Assembly: GCA_001818235.1 (NCBI GenBank)
Contig: MHJY01000010.1
Coordinates: forward strand, 17,609-81,608
Direction: 5' to 3'
From: Candidatus Jacksonbacteria bacterium RIFOXYB2_FULL_44_15
GTDB lineage: Bacteria > Patescibacteriota > Patescibacteriia > UBA9629
Length of the DNA stretch: 64,000 nt
The notes under the pieces were generated by a model, which was given only the letters and a program-made list of their open reading frames with translations, was not told the DNA's origin and ran no database searches. Position numbers and translations under genes: made by a program. Positions 52,635 through 62,692 of this stretch are shown piece after piece. The stretch's first letter is position 1; each line of letters opens with the position of its first letter.

Positions 52635-53414
52635 TCAAACTTCGCCAGTTTGCCAAAAAGTATAAAATATACTCTTTAACATGGCAACAATATATTGATC
52701 TTCGATTAATATTGCAAGTGCGGCTTTAGGCTGCCAAATAATAACTTTATTAGAAAATAACTGAAAAGACGTAAGAAACGGCGTCTTAACATGGAGAATC
52801 CTGGTTTCACGCATTTCTTGAGAATCAGTCGATTTTAACTCGTTGGAATCTTTACTGGGCAAAAGTAAAGCTTTAATCGTAACGCCTTTTCTAATTCGTT
52901 GTTTTATCCATCGTCGCTCCTCTGCCCAAGAAATAAAGCCGATAAAATCCTTAACCGAGCCAAAAAATTCAGAAACATCCTTAACCTCATCAATAATCTG
53001 GTAAAAAAGTTTTAAAAATTGATCTCTACCCTCAATGACTTTAATCGAAGTCGGCAACGATCCTTGTTTAAATAACCCTAACAATTGCGGCATATTCTGA
53101 GTAACGCCTTGATCCAATCGTTCCAATAATTCACGCTTTTTTCGTAACAGCTCCAACATTTTGCATGGTGACTCAACCATGAATGACCGACTAAAACGCC
53201 GGCGTTTAGAAAAGTGCGCCAACCCACGAGACTCCAAACCAGTAATCACTTTATAGACATTTGGACGAGACACGTTTAAATGCTGTGCAATCTTAGAAAC
53301 ACTCGCCGGCCCGATAGCCAAAGACAAAGTATATAGATTAATTTCGTGCCTGGTAAGCCCAAGCTCCTTGAGGGAATCGTAAACAATGTTTTTCACTTCT
53401 TTTTGGCTTTCCAT
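52635..53414 (-). CDS. TrmB-family transcriptional regulator (paralog 2)
   Basis: N-terminal wHTH (HEINLYTLSLAIGPASVSKIAQHLNVSRPNVYKVITGLESRGL). It is divergent from the PLP decarboxylase gene. Confidence 0.65.
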   Translation of the reverse strand: MESQKEVKNIVYDSLKELGLTRHEINLYTLSLAIGPASVSKIAQHLNVSRPNVYKVITGLESRGLAHFSKRRRFSRSFMVESPCKMLELLRKKRELLERLDQGVTQNMPQLLGLFKQGSLPTSIKVIEGRDQFLKLFYQIIDEVKDVSEFFGSVKDFIGFISWAEERRWIKQRIRKGVTIKALLLPSKDSNELKSTDSQEMRETRILHVKTPFLTSFQLFSNKVIIWQPKAALAILIEDQYIVAMLKSIFYTFWQTGEV

Positions 53415-53488
53415 AAAGTAAATCTAAAATATTTGTATATTTATTTTATACTACTTAACAAATAATGTCAATTTTTAAAGTAAATTAC

Positions 53489-53518
53489 TTGACAATTGCG
53501 TATATTTAAGCTATAATT
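53489..53518 (+). promoter_or_regulatory. Sigma70-like promoter TTGACA-N18-TATAAT for the decarboxylase gene
   Basis: Consensus hexamers. An RBS ggaaggtga precedes the ATG at 53574. Confidence 0.45.
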
Positions 53519-53573
53519 ATTTTTAGATTACAATAATAACTCTTTGACAATTTTATATAGGAAGGTGATCCAG

Positions 53574-54779
53574 ATGACTACGCATTTAAAAATTGGACGA
53601 CTTGACGCCGATGAACTAGCTAAAAAACTCACAACGCCGCTTTATGTTTATGATGCAAGGCGGGTTGAAGAAAACTACCTAACAATTAATTCCGCGATTT
53701 TTTATGAGCCAAAGCAGATTCATTATGCGATCATGTGTAATAACAGGTTACAGATATTGAAAGTACTCTTAAATTTAGGAGCTGACATTCAAGTCAATTC
53801 TGTAAAAGAGTATCGCCTTGTAAAGTCAATCGGCTCCTCCAATGCGAAAATCAGCGTTACTACAACTAATATCAGCACTGACGATCTGTCGTTTTATGCG
53901 GAAAATCAAGCCCAGATAAATTTTGATTCTATAGAAGAGATTAGCTGTTATGGACAGTTAATCAAACAATCCAGCACTGTCATCAATCATACTATTGGAA
54001 TCAGAATATCTGTACCGATGGAAATAACTGACCAATCCGCGACCAATCAGCCACATCCGACAAAAGCAAGAGTGGGCATAAATAGCAAACAATTTGACCT
54101 CGTTAAAGAAGCAGCAAAAAAGTATAATCTAAAAATTAACGGAATCCATGGCTATATCGCATCTAATTTGATCGACCTAGTACCGTTTATCAAATTAGGC
54201 TCCTATTTAGTAGAGTGCGCCAAAAAATTTCCGGATTTAGAATATATTAACTTTGGCACTGGATTTGGAATAGATTTTGATTGGCTGGCTTATGGTCAAA
54301 TGGTAACGCCGTTAATGAGATCCATCTCCACTTTCTTTGGCCGCCCAATTCATCTTAAAATTGAACCTGGGCGTTCATTGGTCGGTGATGCCGGCATTTT
54401 GTTGACACGCGTCACCAATATCAAAGACATGGGCAATTGGACGCAAGTCGGTGTTGACGCCGGTTTTGGCGTTTTTGCCAGACCGTATATCTATGGTTGG
54501 CAAAAGGGACAAGGCGGCTACCATCCAGTGGTGGTCGCCAATAAGATTGACCAACCACCAAAAGGACTCTACACAATCTGCGGTAACTCGACCCTGCAGG
54601 GCGATTTTATCGCCGAAGATCGACTATTGCCGGAGATTGAAATTGGCGACTTAATTGCTATTCTGAATGCCGGTGCCTATGGCGCAGTGATGTTATCAGG
54701 TTTCCCAGGAATGAGACGTGCCGGTGAAGTCTTGATTTATGATGATACAATTGAGGTGATTAGTGAAACTGAACGCTAG
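53574..54779 (+). CDS. PLP-dependent decarboxylase, Orn/DAP/Arg decarboxylase (fold III, LysA-like) family
   Basis: N-terminal TIM-barrel region, EPGRSLVGDAG motif, and C-terminal ICGNS...GAYG. Start taken at the ATG at 53574 instead of the TTG in the ORF track. Confidence 0.7.
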   Translation: MTTHLKIGRLDADELAKKLTTPLYVYDARRVEENYLTINSAIFYEPKQIHYAIMCNNRLQILKVLLNLGADIQVNSVKEYRLVKSIGSSNAKISVTTTNISTDDLSFYAENQAQINFDSIEEISCYGQLIKQSSTVINHTIGIRISVPMEITDQSATNQPHPTKARVGINSKQFDLVKEAAKKYNLKINGIHGYIASNLIDLVPFIKLGSYLVECAKKFPDLEYINFGTGFGIDFDWLAYGQMVTPLMRSISTFFGRPIHLKIEPGRSLVGDAGILLTRVTNIKDMGNWTQVGVDAGFGVFARPYIYGWQKGQGGYHPVVVANKIDQPPKGLYTICGNSTLQGDFIAEDRLLPEIEIGDLIAILNAGAYGAVMLSGFPGMRRAGEVLIYDDTIEVISETER

Positions 54780-54931
54780 TCACCTCAAATTAACCCCCTA
54801 GGAGACTGAATATCCTAGGGTTTGTTTTTTTATAGACTGAAACCTGGTTATATAAAATAACCAGGTTTTGACTAGACAAGTTGACCAAACTATTTACGTC
54901 ATCTTAAAGGCTAATTCTACTTCTTCATTCC

Positions 54932-55711
54932 TTAATATCTTTTTGCCTCGGCCCAGGCCAGTTCGTATATTTTCTTCATCGCGTCGGCAATTTCGGCGCT
55001 TTCGATGATAATTCCCAACTTTTCGCGCCAAGAGGCAATCATCACTTTATTATCATAAATATTGATTTCAGGGGAGAAATAGAATTTATCGGCCGGGATA
55101 AGCGCTACTTCGCGTTTTTCTTCTTCATTATATTTAACTCTTTCTATTGCGGTTTCTGTTTGCGGAATAATCCCACGAATCGCGATCCCTTTTTTAGCTC
55201 GACGGGCATAATACTTGGGAAAATAATCCGGCAAAGCCTTGTGCATATCATCAACTGTGGCATAAGCGCGAATCGCTTCGTGAGAAGTAAGTGTATCTTC
55301 GTAAACTTCTACTAATCCGGCCTTGCCTTCATAAAATTTAACTTTTGGCCGATCGGAAATATTGTGAATTGATTTTAAGCGCGGCACTAAGTTTGCCGAT
55401 TTTTTTAATTGCAACTCATACTGCGCGATCTTGTCTTTTAAAAAGGTGGTTATGATATCCGGCGATTGGGCGACGTATTCTTCTTTCGGCTCTTTCCCGG
55501 AAATGCTGACCAGCCCCTTGCTTACCAGAAGATCAAGGATGTTGTAACCGGTCGTGCGATTTATCCCAGCTGACCTGGCAATCACGCTCACTGTTCCTCT
55601 TCCAAGCTCTAATAAAGCTAGATATACCTTAGTTTCTTTATCGCTAAAGCCTAAATCTGAAAGGGCGGATTGTAAATTTGAGTCAATATTTATCATAAAT
55701 TTATTATACAT
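54932..55711 (-). CDS. TrmB-family transcriptional regulator (paralog 3)
   Basis: TKVYLALLELGRGTVSVIARSAGINRTTGYNILDLLVSKGLV plus a TrmB C-terminal domain. It is divergent from a radical SAM gene. Confidence 0.75.
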   Translation of the reverse strand: MYNKFMINIDSNLQSALSDLGFSDKETKVYLALLELGRGTVSVIARSAGINRTTGYNILDLLVSKGLVSISGKEPKEEYVAQSPDIITTFLKDKIAQYELQLKKSANLVPRLKSIHNISDRPKVKFYEGKAGLVEVYEDTLTSHEAIRAYATVDDMHKALPDYFPKYYARRAKKGIAIRGIIPQTETAIERVKYNEEEKREVALIPADKFYFSPEINIYDNKVMIASWREKLGIIIESAEIADAMKKIYELAWAEAKRY

Positions 55712-55810
55712 CTGTTCTTATTTTGTGTCAATAAGTTTAAACAAAACATTATACAAGCTATTTTATGGCTAGTTTATGGCTATTTTGGCTATACATAATG
55801 CCAATACGTA

Positions 55811-55839
55811 TTGACAATATTATGAAGATGTAGTATAAT
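55811..55839 (+). promoter_or_regulatory. Consensus sigma70 promoter TTGACA-N17-TATAAT for the radical SAM gene
   Basis: Exact consensus hexamers with 17-bp spacing. An RBS aaggggat precedes the ATG at 55915. Confidence 0.5.
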
Positions 55840-55914
55840 GTGATAAGAAATAAAAAACGTGCTTTGTCAATTAAATAGTACTTTACTGCAATATAAAGAA
55901 AGGGGATTGATGTA

Positions 55915-57162
55915 ATGAAAACAATTAATATCGGTCGAAGTGATTCTTTCGCCATCTTAACAAACAACATACCGGTTATCTTCCCTGGCCAGTTTCCAAA
56001 GGGCTACCAGAACAATGTAAGATGGTGGGGGAACATCAGCAAAGAGGAGTTACACTCTACTTTACCGGATGGAACGGCGCGATTGCTGACGATGGACCTA
56101 GATATTGGCGATACTTGCGGTCTTGCATGTCCGCATTGTTTCCGTCGGGATCCTAGGTTTGACTCTGTCAGTAAGGGAAACGCTTTAACCCACGAGGAAA
56201 TCGTGGCCTATGTTAAAGAGGCGAAAGCGCTCGGATTAAAACAAGTTAAAATCCTAGGTCGGGGCGAACCATTCCAAAATACGCGATTCCTTGAATTTTT
56301 GGAAACAATGACAGACATGGGTATCGGAGTGGCCGTGTTCAGTAAAGGACACGTGTTGGGTTGCGATGCGCTAGCGAGCAAATATAATAGTCATCGCGGA
56401 ATAAATTCCAGTTGGGAGCTAGTAAAACGCCTAAAAGATTTAAAAGTCAGTATTCTGCTGGGATTTAATTCTTTTGATCGCGACACCCAAAATGCCTTTA
56501 CCGGCGTTGACAAGTTCTCTGAAACCGCTTTGCTCAAAAACTATGTTGACTTTAGAGACCAAGCTTTAATCAACTTAGTTAAAGCGGGGTTTAACGAATA
56601 TATCCCCGGCGAAGCAACTAGACTAGCGATGATCGCGGCCCCGGTAAAGCCAGAGAATATAGACGAAATATTTGGTCTATATACTTGGGCGAGGGTAAGG
56701 AATATTTACATGCTCACCTGTCCAACCACTATCAGTGGTAAAGGGCTTGATGAATTAGAGCGCGAAAAACAGCATGCAGACTACGTTTCTCAGCTCGAGG
56801 ATCTGTGGGCGCAGATTTACATCTGGGCGATCCAAAAAAATCTCATCTCTAGAGAAGCTTTTCTAGAAGATGGGGTATCCCTGTATCCCGGATGCCATGT
56901 CTGTAATCAGACAGCGGCTGGATTCTACCTAAATTTACCTGGGCGGATCAACATGTGCCCCGGAAGAGTAGGCGGAACGACCATTTTTACCCGTGATATC
57001 GGCGAAGAAGCATCTTTAAAGGATGTCTGGGTACGATCTTCCAACTATCAGAGAGCCAAATACGGTAAGCGATACAATTACCATTGTGTCGCTCGTGACG
57101 GCTTCTCGTTGCCTCAAAATTTCTATAAAAATATTGAGGCAAAAGTAATGAAGAGCATTTAA
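55915..57162 (+). CDS. Radical SAM enzyme with a C-terminal Cys-rich (SPASM/twitch-like) region
   Basis: CGLACPHC (CxxxCxxC), GRGEPF, and C-terminal CHVC...MCPG cysteines. Confidence 0.7.
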   Translation: MKTINIGRSDSFAILTNNIPVIFPGQFPKGYQNNVRWWGNISKEELHSTLPDGTARLLTMDLDIGDTCGLACPHCFRRDPRFDSVSKGNALTHEEIVAYVKEAKALGLKQVKILGRGEPFQNTRFLEFLETMTDMGIGVAVFSKGHVLGCDALASKYNSHRGINSSWELVKRLKDLKVSILLGFNSFDRDTQNAFTGVDKFSETALLKNYVDFRDQALINLVKAGFNEYIPGEATRLAMIAAPVKPENIDEIFGLYTWARVRNIYMLTCPTTISGKGLDELEREKQHADYVSQLEDLWAQIYIWAIQKNLISREAFLEDGVSLYPGCHVCNQTAAGFYLNLPGRINMCPGRVGGTTIFTRDIGEEASLKDVWVRSSNYQRAKYGKRYNYHCVARDGFSLPQNFYKNIEAKVMKSI

Positions 57163-57307
57163 AAATTGCTCAAAACCAAAAGCCGATCAAATATTGACGC
57201 ACTTAACTTGATCGGCTTCTTTTTTTCGTATTAATATCCGCAAGCTATCCCGCCTTCGTCCGTCGACAAGCTCGTGACTTCGGCGGGACAAGCGCTTGGG
57301 CTCCGCG

Positions 57308-57919
57308 TTACTTTTTAAGCACTATCATCCTCATTTTTTGCCCAAATTTTAATCTTTCTGCCGGATCGTCAAATGCGATTTCACTTGGTTCAAATTCTGC
57401 TGGATCAAAATCCTCATCTCCAACCCAGTCGACAACGTCCGCATATTCAGGATGTTTGGGATTTTTGAGAATATCTAATTTGTCATAGTATCCCCAAATG
57501 CCGCCGCTGTCTTCAAACGGACAAGCCATTTTACCGGCAATACAAACTGGGTATTTATTATTTTTAACTTTTAGCACTATTTTTTCTAAAATTACCAAGT
57601 GCTCCCAATTATCGCCGAAGTCGTAAGTATAGTTCATCTTTCCCAACTTTGGGAACCAACCTTTGATTTTTTCTTTCCAGCCAGCTAAAACTTCGGTCCA
57701 GTCATCATCAGTCGGGATGCCGATGTGTAGCTCTTTTCCTCTCGGACCTATGGTAGTAAATTCGTGCAAATGACTATCGCCCCAACCCATCGCTTCTTGA
57801 ATGGCCACGTGCAAGTCCCAGAAACTATAATTTTCCGGCACCTGAATTCTTCGCCAGATAGGCGGCTTGCAATCTTTCAGAGTGATCTTAAACTGATAAA
57901 TATTTTTATAATTTTTCAT
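57308..57919 (-). CDS. pRiA4b ORF-3-like (PRiA4_ORF3 family) protein
   Basis: IYQFKITLKDCKPPIWRRIQVP...FWDLHVAIQEAMGWGDSHLHEF...YDFGDNWEH signature blocks. Confidence 0.65.
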   Translation of the reverse strand: MKNYKNIYQFKITLKDCKPPIWRRIQVPENYSFWDLHVAIQEAMGWGDSHLHEFTTIGPRGKELHIGIPTDDDWTEVLAGWKEKIKGWFPKLGKMNYTYDFGDNWEHLVILEKIVLKVKNNKYPVCIAGKMACPFEDSGGIWGYYDKLDILKNPKHPEYADVVDWVGDEDFDPAEFEPSEIAFDDPAERLKFGQKMRMIVLKK

Positions 57920-57937
57920 AGGTATCCATTTATAACT

Positions 57938-58225
57938 CTACCTTCTTAACTTATAGCCATTCACCTGCTCCAGTAAACTAATAGTCGCCTGCACCGATGA
58001 GTTGACAGTGTTAATCAACTTAACTCGATCGCCAAATCTCTTATATAGTGGAGTTATAAATTCATCGCCCCAGGATGGTGTAAAAGAAACGACACCGTCG
58101 AAGTCGATTAGAATCTCTTCATTGTCGGTAGCCGTAACCAAAGTTGGGTTAAAAGCCGCCAAAGCTTCCTTGCCATCTTGACGCGAAGTTAAAATCTCGC
58201 CAAATTTTTTAATGTATATATGCAT
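57938..58225 (-). CDS. DUF4325 (STAS-like) domain protein
   Basis: 95 aa with ILIDFDGVVSFTPSWGDEF resembling the STAS-like DUF4325 core. It lies directly downstream of a GHKL-ATPase gene. Confidence 0.55.
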   Translation of the reverse strand: MHIYIKKFGEILTSRQDGKEALAAFNPTLVTATDNEEILIDFDGVVSFTPSWGDEFITPLYKRFGDRVKLINTVNSSVQATISLLEQVNGYKLRR

Positions 58226-58226
58226 A

Positions 58227-58949
58227 TTAAAATTTAATCAAAGCCAAACATCCTCGTAAATAAGTTTCCGAATTAATAATTTCAAGCGTTGCTTCATGTT
58301 CTTTCAGCCATAATTGCGCATTGCCGCTTTGAAAGAACAGCGACATTGGATTAGTAGTCACGACCTGTCGGACGAACTTTAATCCATTGCCGCGAGCCTC
58401 TGGCGACCGACCAGAAATAATTTCGGAAAAAGCCACCACTAACGCCTGTCTATCATTCTGCAATTCAGGCCTAATCCTTTTTAAAGTCTGCAATATTCCT
58501 TGGCCGCGATCAGCTAAAACAATATACCGCTTATTAATATCATAACCAAAAAAAGTTCCGAGGATATCCGGCCAGTTGCCTAAGTTATGATCAAACGAAT
58601 TATTGCCAATCTCGCCGGTAATCGCAACTATTAAAGGAACGACCTCGGCTAAAGCAGGTTGATTAGTAAGAGCGAGCGGCAATTTTGATAGTCGCGCTTT
58701 AAATATCATGCTGTCTGGACAATAATATTCTGACACTGGATCAACTGGATTATCTAGCATCCATTTCCAGGCAACTTTAAAAAGTGGACATAATAAAAAA
58801 TCAATATCTATGCGCCGATAATGTCGATGAGCACGTTGCCCTGATCTAATTGCTGATAAATGGCCGCTTTGATCCCAGCGGCGTAATGTTTGGACGCTTA
58901 CACCAAGAGCTTGCGCTGCTTGGCTGATTGTTAATGTACTTTTAGACAC
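58227..58949 (-). CDS. MerR-type HTH fused to a GHKL (histidine-kinase-like) ATPase domain
   Basis: LTISQAAQALGVSVQTLRRWDQSGHL (MerR HTH). N-box-like GEIGNNSFDHN, G1 LADRGQGI and G2 GNGLKF are as in RsbW-type anti-sigma kinases. Confidence 0.6.
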   Translation of the reverse strand: MSKSTLTISQAAQALGVSVQTLRRWDQSGHLSAIRSGQRAHRHYRRIDIDFLLCPLFKVAWKWMLDNPVDPVSEYYCPDSMIFKARLSKLPLALTNQPALAEVVPLIVAITGEIGNNSFDHNLGNWPDILGTFFGYDINKRYIVLADRGQGILQTLKRIRPELQNDRQALVVAFSEIISGRSPEARGNGLKFVRQVVTTNPMSLFFQSGNAQLWLKEHEATLEIINSETYLRGCLALIKF

Positions 58950-59072
58950 ATGTAAACCTATACAAACTTATCTTAAATTTAATGTAAATGTATAGTTTGT
59001 TAGTCAAATCTATACAAATTATAGCAAAAAGTGACAATTTATGCAAGCTTTCCCTCCACTTCGGTGGGCAGG

Positions 59073-59708
59073 CTACGTCCTTTTCCGCGATGGCAAGAAG
59101 AAAGCGGCAATAATCAATAGCCCGATAAAAATAAAGGCCAGGGGCAGGGGATTGATGATTTTGATAAGCTGGGTCGGAATCCATGCCCAGAGCACTGCCC
59201 CGATGGCAGTTCTGATTAAGGTGATAATTATATAATCAGATATTTTGATCTTGGTTAGCCCAAAAGCATAATTTGCCACGTCCAAGGGAATAATTGTGCG
59301 TAGCAATAACAACCGCCAGAAAGTACTCGGTTGATTAAGAACATATTTACCAATCAAACGATCGACAGTCTCGAGATTTACAAATTTTTTTATCCAATCC
59401 CGTCCATAATGATGGCTGATGTAAAAAACAATTCCGGCGCTTATATTCCAAGCGATAAAAAAATAAGTCGCCAAAGCCACCGGGCTCCAAACATAAGAGG
59501 CAAACGGCACCAAGGGCAAGGCGGAAAAAGGCGCCACCACCGTGGCAAAAATTACGTAAATGATAAATACTGCCGGCCCTAAAATTGTGTGCTGGTTAAT
59601 AAAGTAACGAAAATCTTCCAACGGCAACTCTAATCCGGCTAAAAATCCATACCCGACTGCCAAACAGGTTAAGATCACCAACAAAATAAATAATCTCTTT
59701 TTACTCAT
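59073..59708 (-). CDS. TVP38/TMEM64 (DedA-like) family membrane protein
   Basis: Multi-transmembrane protein with an internal SNARE-associated-like core (GPAVFIIYVIFATVVAPFSALPL). It overlaps the upstream TrmB gene by ATGA. Confidence 0.65.
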   Translation of the reverse strand: MSKKRLFILLVILTCLAVGYGFLAGLELPLEDFRYFINQHTILGPAVFIIYVIFATVVAPFSALPLVPFASYVWSPVALATYFFIAWNISAGIVFYISHHYGRDWIKKFVNLETVDRLIGKYVLNQPSTFWRLLLLRTIIPLDVANYAFGLTKIKISDYIIITLIRTAIGAVLWAWIPTQLIKIINPLPLAFIFIGLLIIAAFFLPSRKRT

Positions 59709-60433
59709 AGTTTATCCCATAACAATTTAAATTTTTGGCGCTCCATTTGGGCTAAATCCGAGCTTTGAATCACTACGCCGATTAATTCTTTTTCCGAGGA
59801 CAGGCAGGCGATTTTGTCCTGAAAAATAAACATTGAACTGGAGAAAAAATATTCTTGCGGCAGGTATTTGATTGTACGCAAAAACTTGGCTTCGTCTTGC
59901 TTTAATTTATTCGCACCCAGATCAGCGAAAACTAAAGCTGTGAATTTAATATTCTTTTCCATTCTCGCCGGAATGTAGTGGTTATAATCATATTCTGGAG
60001 TAACGATTTTGTAAATATCAACAATCGAGCCAAGGTATAGAATCTCGCTATTTTTGACCTCGAGCGTTTGCTCGACAATTGAAAGGCAGCCTTCTTTGCC
60101 CAGATAAAACCGAACTTCCGGCCGTTTTTCTTCTTTGCCTTTGATTAGCGCCGACAGCTGGGGCATAATTTGGAGTAACGCTTCTTGCCGTTCTTTTAAA
60201 AGCGACTGCAACCGCTCCGGCTCTTCGGCGATAAACTTTTTTGATTCTTTTGATTGATAATAACTTACGAGACCTTTCTGCATCAAAGACTCGAGGATTA
60301 CATAAACCGTGGTGCGTTTTATTTTTGATTTTTTGGCGATCTCCGGAATCTTGGCCGAGCCCAACTCCAAAGAAGCCAGATATACACGGGCTTCTTTTTC
60401 GGTTAAGCCAAGTTTTTGAAGAGTGGAGAGCAT
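59705..60433 (-). CDS. TrmB-family transcriptional regulator (paralog 4)
   Basis: EKEARVYLASLELGSAKIPEIAKKSKIKRTTVYVILESLMQKGLV plus a TrmB_C domain. Confidence 0.75.
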   Translation of the reverse strand: MLSTLQKLGLTEKEARVYLASLELGSAKIPEIAKKSKIKRTTVYVILESLMQKGLVSYYQSKESKKFIAEEPERLQSLLKERQEALLQIMPQLSALIKGKEEKRPEVRFYLGKEGCLSIVEQTLEVKNSEILYLGSIVDIYKIVTPEYDYNHYIPARMEKNIKFTALVFADLGANKLKQDEAKFLRTIKYLPQEYFFSSSMFIFQDKIACLSSEKELIGVVIQSSDLAQMERQKFKLLWDKL

Positions 60434-60472
60434 GGGTGGTTGGTTAGACTATGACATGATAGCCGATGGAAT

Positions 60473-60564
60473 TGTCATTCCGAGCGGACCCCGAGCAGGG
60501 GCGAGGGGGGAGTCGAGGAATCTCTCTGGATTAAGCAAGGGATCCCTCGGCAAGCTCGGGATGA
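60473..60564. repeat. Head-to-head pair of Family-A motif copies in the divergent intergenic region
   Basis: gtcattccgagcggaccccgagcaggggcgaggggggagtcgaggaatc (60473-60521, minus-oriented) and gatccctcggcaagctcgggatgac (60537-60564, plus-oriented). The second is the exact reverse complement of 2520-2544. Confidence 0.6.
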
Positions 60565-60691
60565 CAAATTGACGTTTTTTGCTTATATACAGACTGGCCA
60601 TTTTTTACAAATCTGTCGATAATTTTGTCAACTTGATTTTATTATATACTAAAGTAAAACAGCTGTCAAACTTTGCTATTTGCCAAAAGTA

Positions 60692-60720
60692 TTGACAAAT
60701 ATCTCAATCAATGTTATAAT
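60692..60720 (+). promoter_or_regulatory. Consensus sigma70 promoter TTGACA-N17-TATAAT
   Basis: Exact hexamers. An RBS aggag precedes the ATG at 60785. Confidence 0.5.
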
Positions 60721-60784
60721 GATTTTATTAATAATAAATGACATTGCTCTTTGAAAAAAATCTTATAAATATAGGAGAAAAATA

Positions 60785-62023
60785 ATGAGTAACGAATACA
60801 TCGTCAATATAGAGTTGCCCGGAATTCAGACAGAAATTAAAGAAGCTCGAAAAATATTTAGCGACTTCTACGAAAAATATTGTACTACGTTTGACCTGGC
60901 TGATGAAGCCAAAATCAAAATGGTGTACAAAGCCGCACAAATCATGGGCATTTTCGCAAGGGCAAAAGCAATTCGCCAACTCTTGTTTGGCCGCAACATA
61001 TCGCTGTATGGAGTGTGTTACTTAGGAACTAAATGCAATCAAAACTGCAAATTCTGTCCAATGGGGCAGGCCAACTGGAAAATGCACCTACATGGCAAAA
61101 CTTCAAGCGATAGGCTGATTACGCTATCGTTAGAAGAGGCGTCGGCTGATCTTGATGCCCTAGTTCAAATAGGACATCGCGAAATCTGCATTTTAGCCGG
61201 AGAAGCGATCGCTTGCGATCCCGGCAAAGTCGTCGAATACGCCCAACTCGCGGTCTATAAACCAGGCGTTCATGAAGTAATCCTGAATATGGGAGCGTAC
61301 ACGCAACGTACTTTCGAATTCATCAAAGAAACCATTGTGCTCCCAGCTGGAGTCAAACTCCAGCATCGCGTGTTTCAGGAGACATATGTCAAAACAGAGT
61401 ATGACTACTACATGGAGCGTGCCCCTCGCGAGCACGGTAGTAAAGCAGACTTTGACTTCCGCTACAATTCCCAAGTGGCTGCTCTCAAAGCTGGGTTCGA
61501 TGAAGTCGGTATCGGAGTCCTGTTTGGTCTAAGCCGCTATCCTTTAAAAGAAATAAAAGGTCTGCAACAGCACGCGGCTTATATCAAAAAGTATGGCGGA
61601 AAGTATCCTAAAAGATGCTGTCTGCCAATAGCTAACAATCCTGAACCGGATACAAATCCAGTTGATGTTAAATACCTAATCCCAGGTATGTCAACCGAAC
61701 AGATGATAACTGAGCTAATCTACGCTCTAGCCAGATTGGCCATGCCAACTGTTTCGACAGTCTCATCAGAGCGCGATAATCCAGGTACCCTGGAGCTTCT
61801 GGATCAATACGCGAACCACACCACCTTGTTTGTTCATCCGGCTCCAGGGGGGAACATTAAATCATTGGACGAACTCCATGGTGAAACATTCAGTCATGGC
61901 TACAAACCAGTAGCCCAAGCAGAAGTATTCCCACGCTACCCAAGGGAGGCGATCAAAAGCTGGCAGAAACGGGGATACAATATTCTGGGTTTTAACATTA
62001 CAAAGTATGACCTTTGCCCGTAA
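60785..62023 (+). CDS. Radical SAM enzyme, ThiH/HydG/CofGH/MqnCE-like branch
   Basis: FGRNISLYGVCYLGTKCNQNCKFCPMG (CxxxCxxC preceded by a conserved Gly/hydrophobic N-cap), with a TIM-barrel-like remainder. Confidence 0.7.
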   Translation: MSNEYIVNIELPGIQTEIKEARKIFSDFYEKYCTTFDLADEAKIKMVYKAAQIMGIFARAKAIRQLLFGRNISLYGVCYLGTKCNQNCKFCPMGQANWKMHLHGKTSSDRLITLSLEEASADLDALVQIGHREICILAGEAIACDPGKVVEYAQLAVYKPGVHEVILNMGAYTQRTFEFIKETIVLPAGVKLQHRVFQETYVKTEYDYYMERAPREHGSKADFDFRYNSQVAALKAGFDEVGIGVLFGLSRYPLKEIKGLQQHAAYIKKYGGKYPKRCCLPIANNPEPDTNPVDVKYLIPGMSTEQMITELIYALARLAMPTVSTVSSERDNPGTLELLDQYANHTTLFVHPAPGGNIKSLDELHGETFSHGYKPVAQAEVFPRYPREAIKSWQKRGYNILGFNITKYDLCP

Positions 62024-62069
62024 ATTATGACGGCCCAGGTCGCATTAAGCTGTTAAAGGAGAGTAAAAA

Positions 62070-62600
62070 ATGAGAAAAATTATTACTGAACTAATAAAGT
62101 TAATAGCGAAGTACAATTCGACAATTCCTGCAATGCTAAAAGAGGAGCGGAAGTACCTTATCCAAAAGGTGAACGAAATTGTAGACGACAATTCCCTGGC
62201 AGATGATCTGCGGGCAGAAATTGTTAAAGAAATCCTAGATGATCCAGAAGTTGGGTTTATTGATCTCAGACTCCCTGGCGGATATGCTAGGGAATATTCC
62301 GACGAAATACTAAAGAAAAATTATTCGTCGAAGTCTGGAATACACTCTTGTACAGCACGAGAAGTATTTGAGCAAATCGATACAATTTTGCAACAAGAAG
62401 GGTTTGACATTGGCTATGTTAGTAAGTTATTTACGACTGAACATGGTGAAGGAAAATTCCCCTTTGTCAGGTACGAAGATCTCGAAAAAGCGCAAGAAGC
62501 GCGAATTGCGCTCTATAAAATAACTCTGCATATTTATCCTCTTTTGCGCGCGAAAGGATTGACTAAAGATGACCTGATGCCAAATTTCTTTTTTGAATAA
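62070..62600 (+). CDS. Hypothetical protein
   Basis: 176-aa ORF co-oriented with and between the radical SAM genes. No recognisable motif. Confidence 0.45.
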   Translation: MRKIITELIKLIAKYNSTIPAMLKEERKYLIQKVNEIVDDNSLADDLRAEIVKEILDDPEVGFIDLRLPGGYAREYSDEILKKNYSSKSGIHSCTAREVFEQIDTILQQEGFDIGYVSKLFTTEHGEGKFPFVRYEDLEKAQEARIALYKITLHIYPLLRAKGLTKDDLMPNFFFE

Positions 62601-62692
62601 CACAAACTAGCACTAAACCAAAAGCCAGCGGCAAACTATTGTTACCACTGGCTTCTTACTTTTATCGACAAGACAGACAAGGAGGAAAACGC

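Noticed and set aside
53544-53573. TTG start assigned by the ORF track to the PLP decarboxylase gene
   Set aside because: The TTG is the first base of the promoter -35 hexamer (TTGACA). The ATG at 53574 has an RBS and matches the start of fold-III decarboxylases.
57243-57300. Possible additional Family-A copy (atcccgccttcg...cttcggcgggacaag)
   Set aside because: It shares the GATCCC...GGGA ends but lacks the ATGAC terminus and does not precede a co-oriented gene. Counted only as a degenerate relative.
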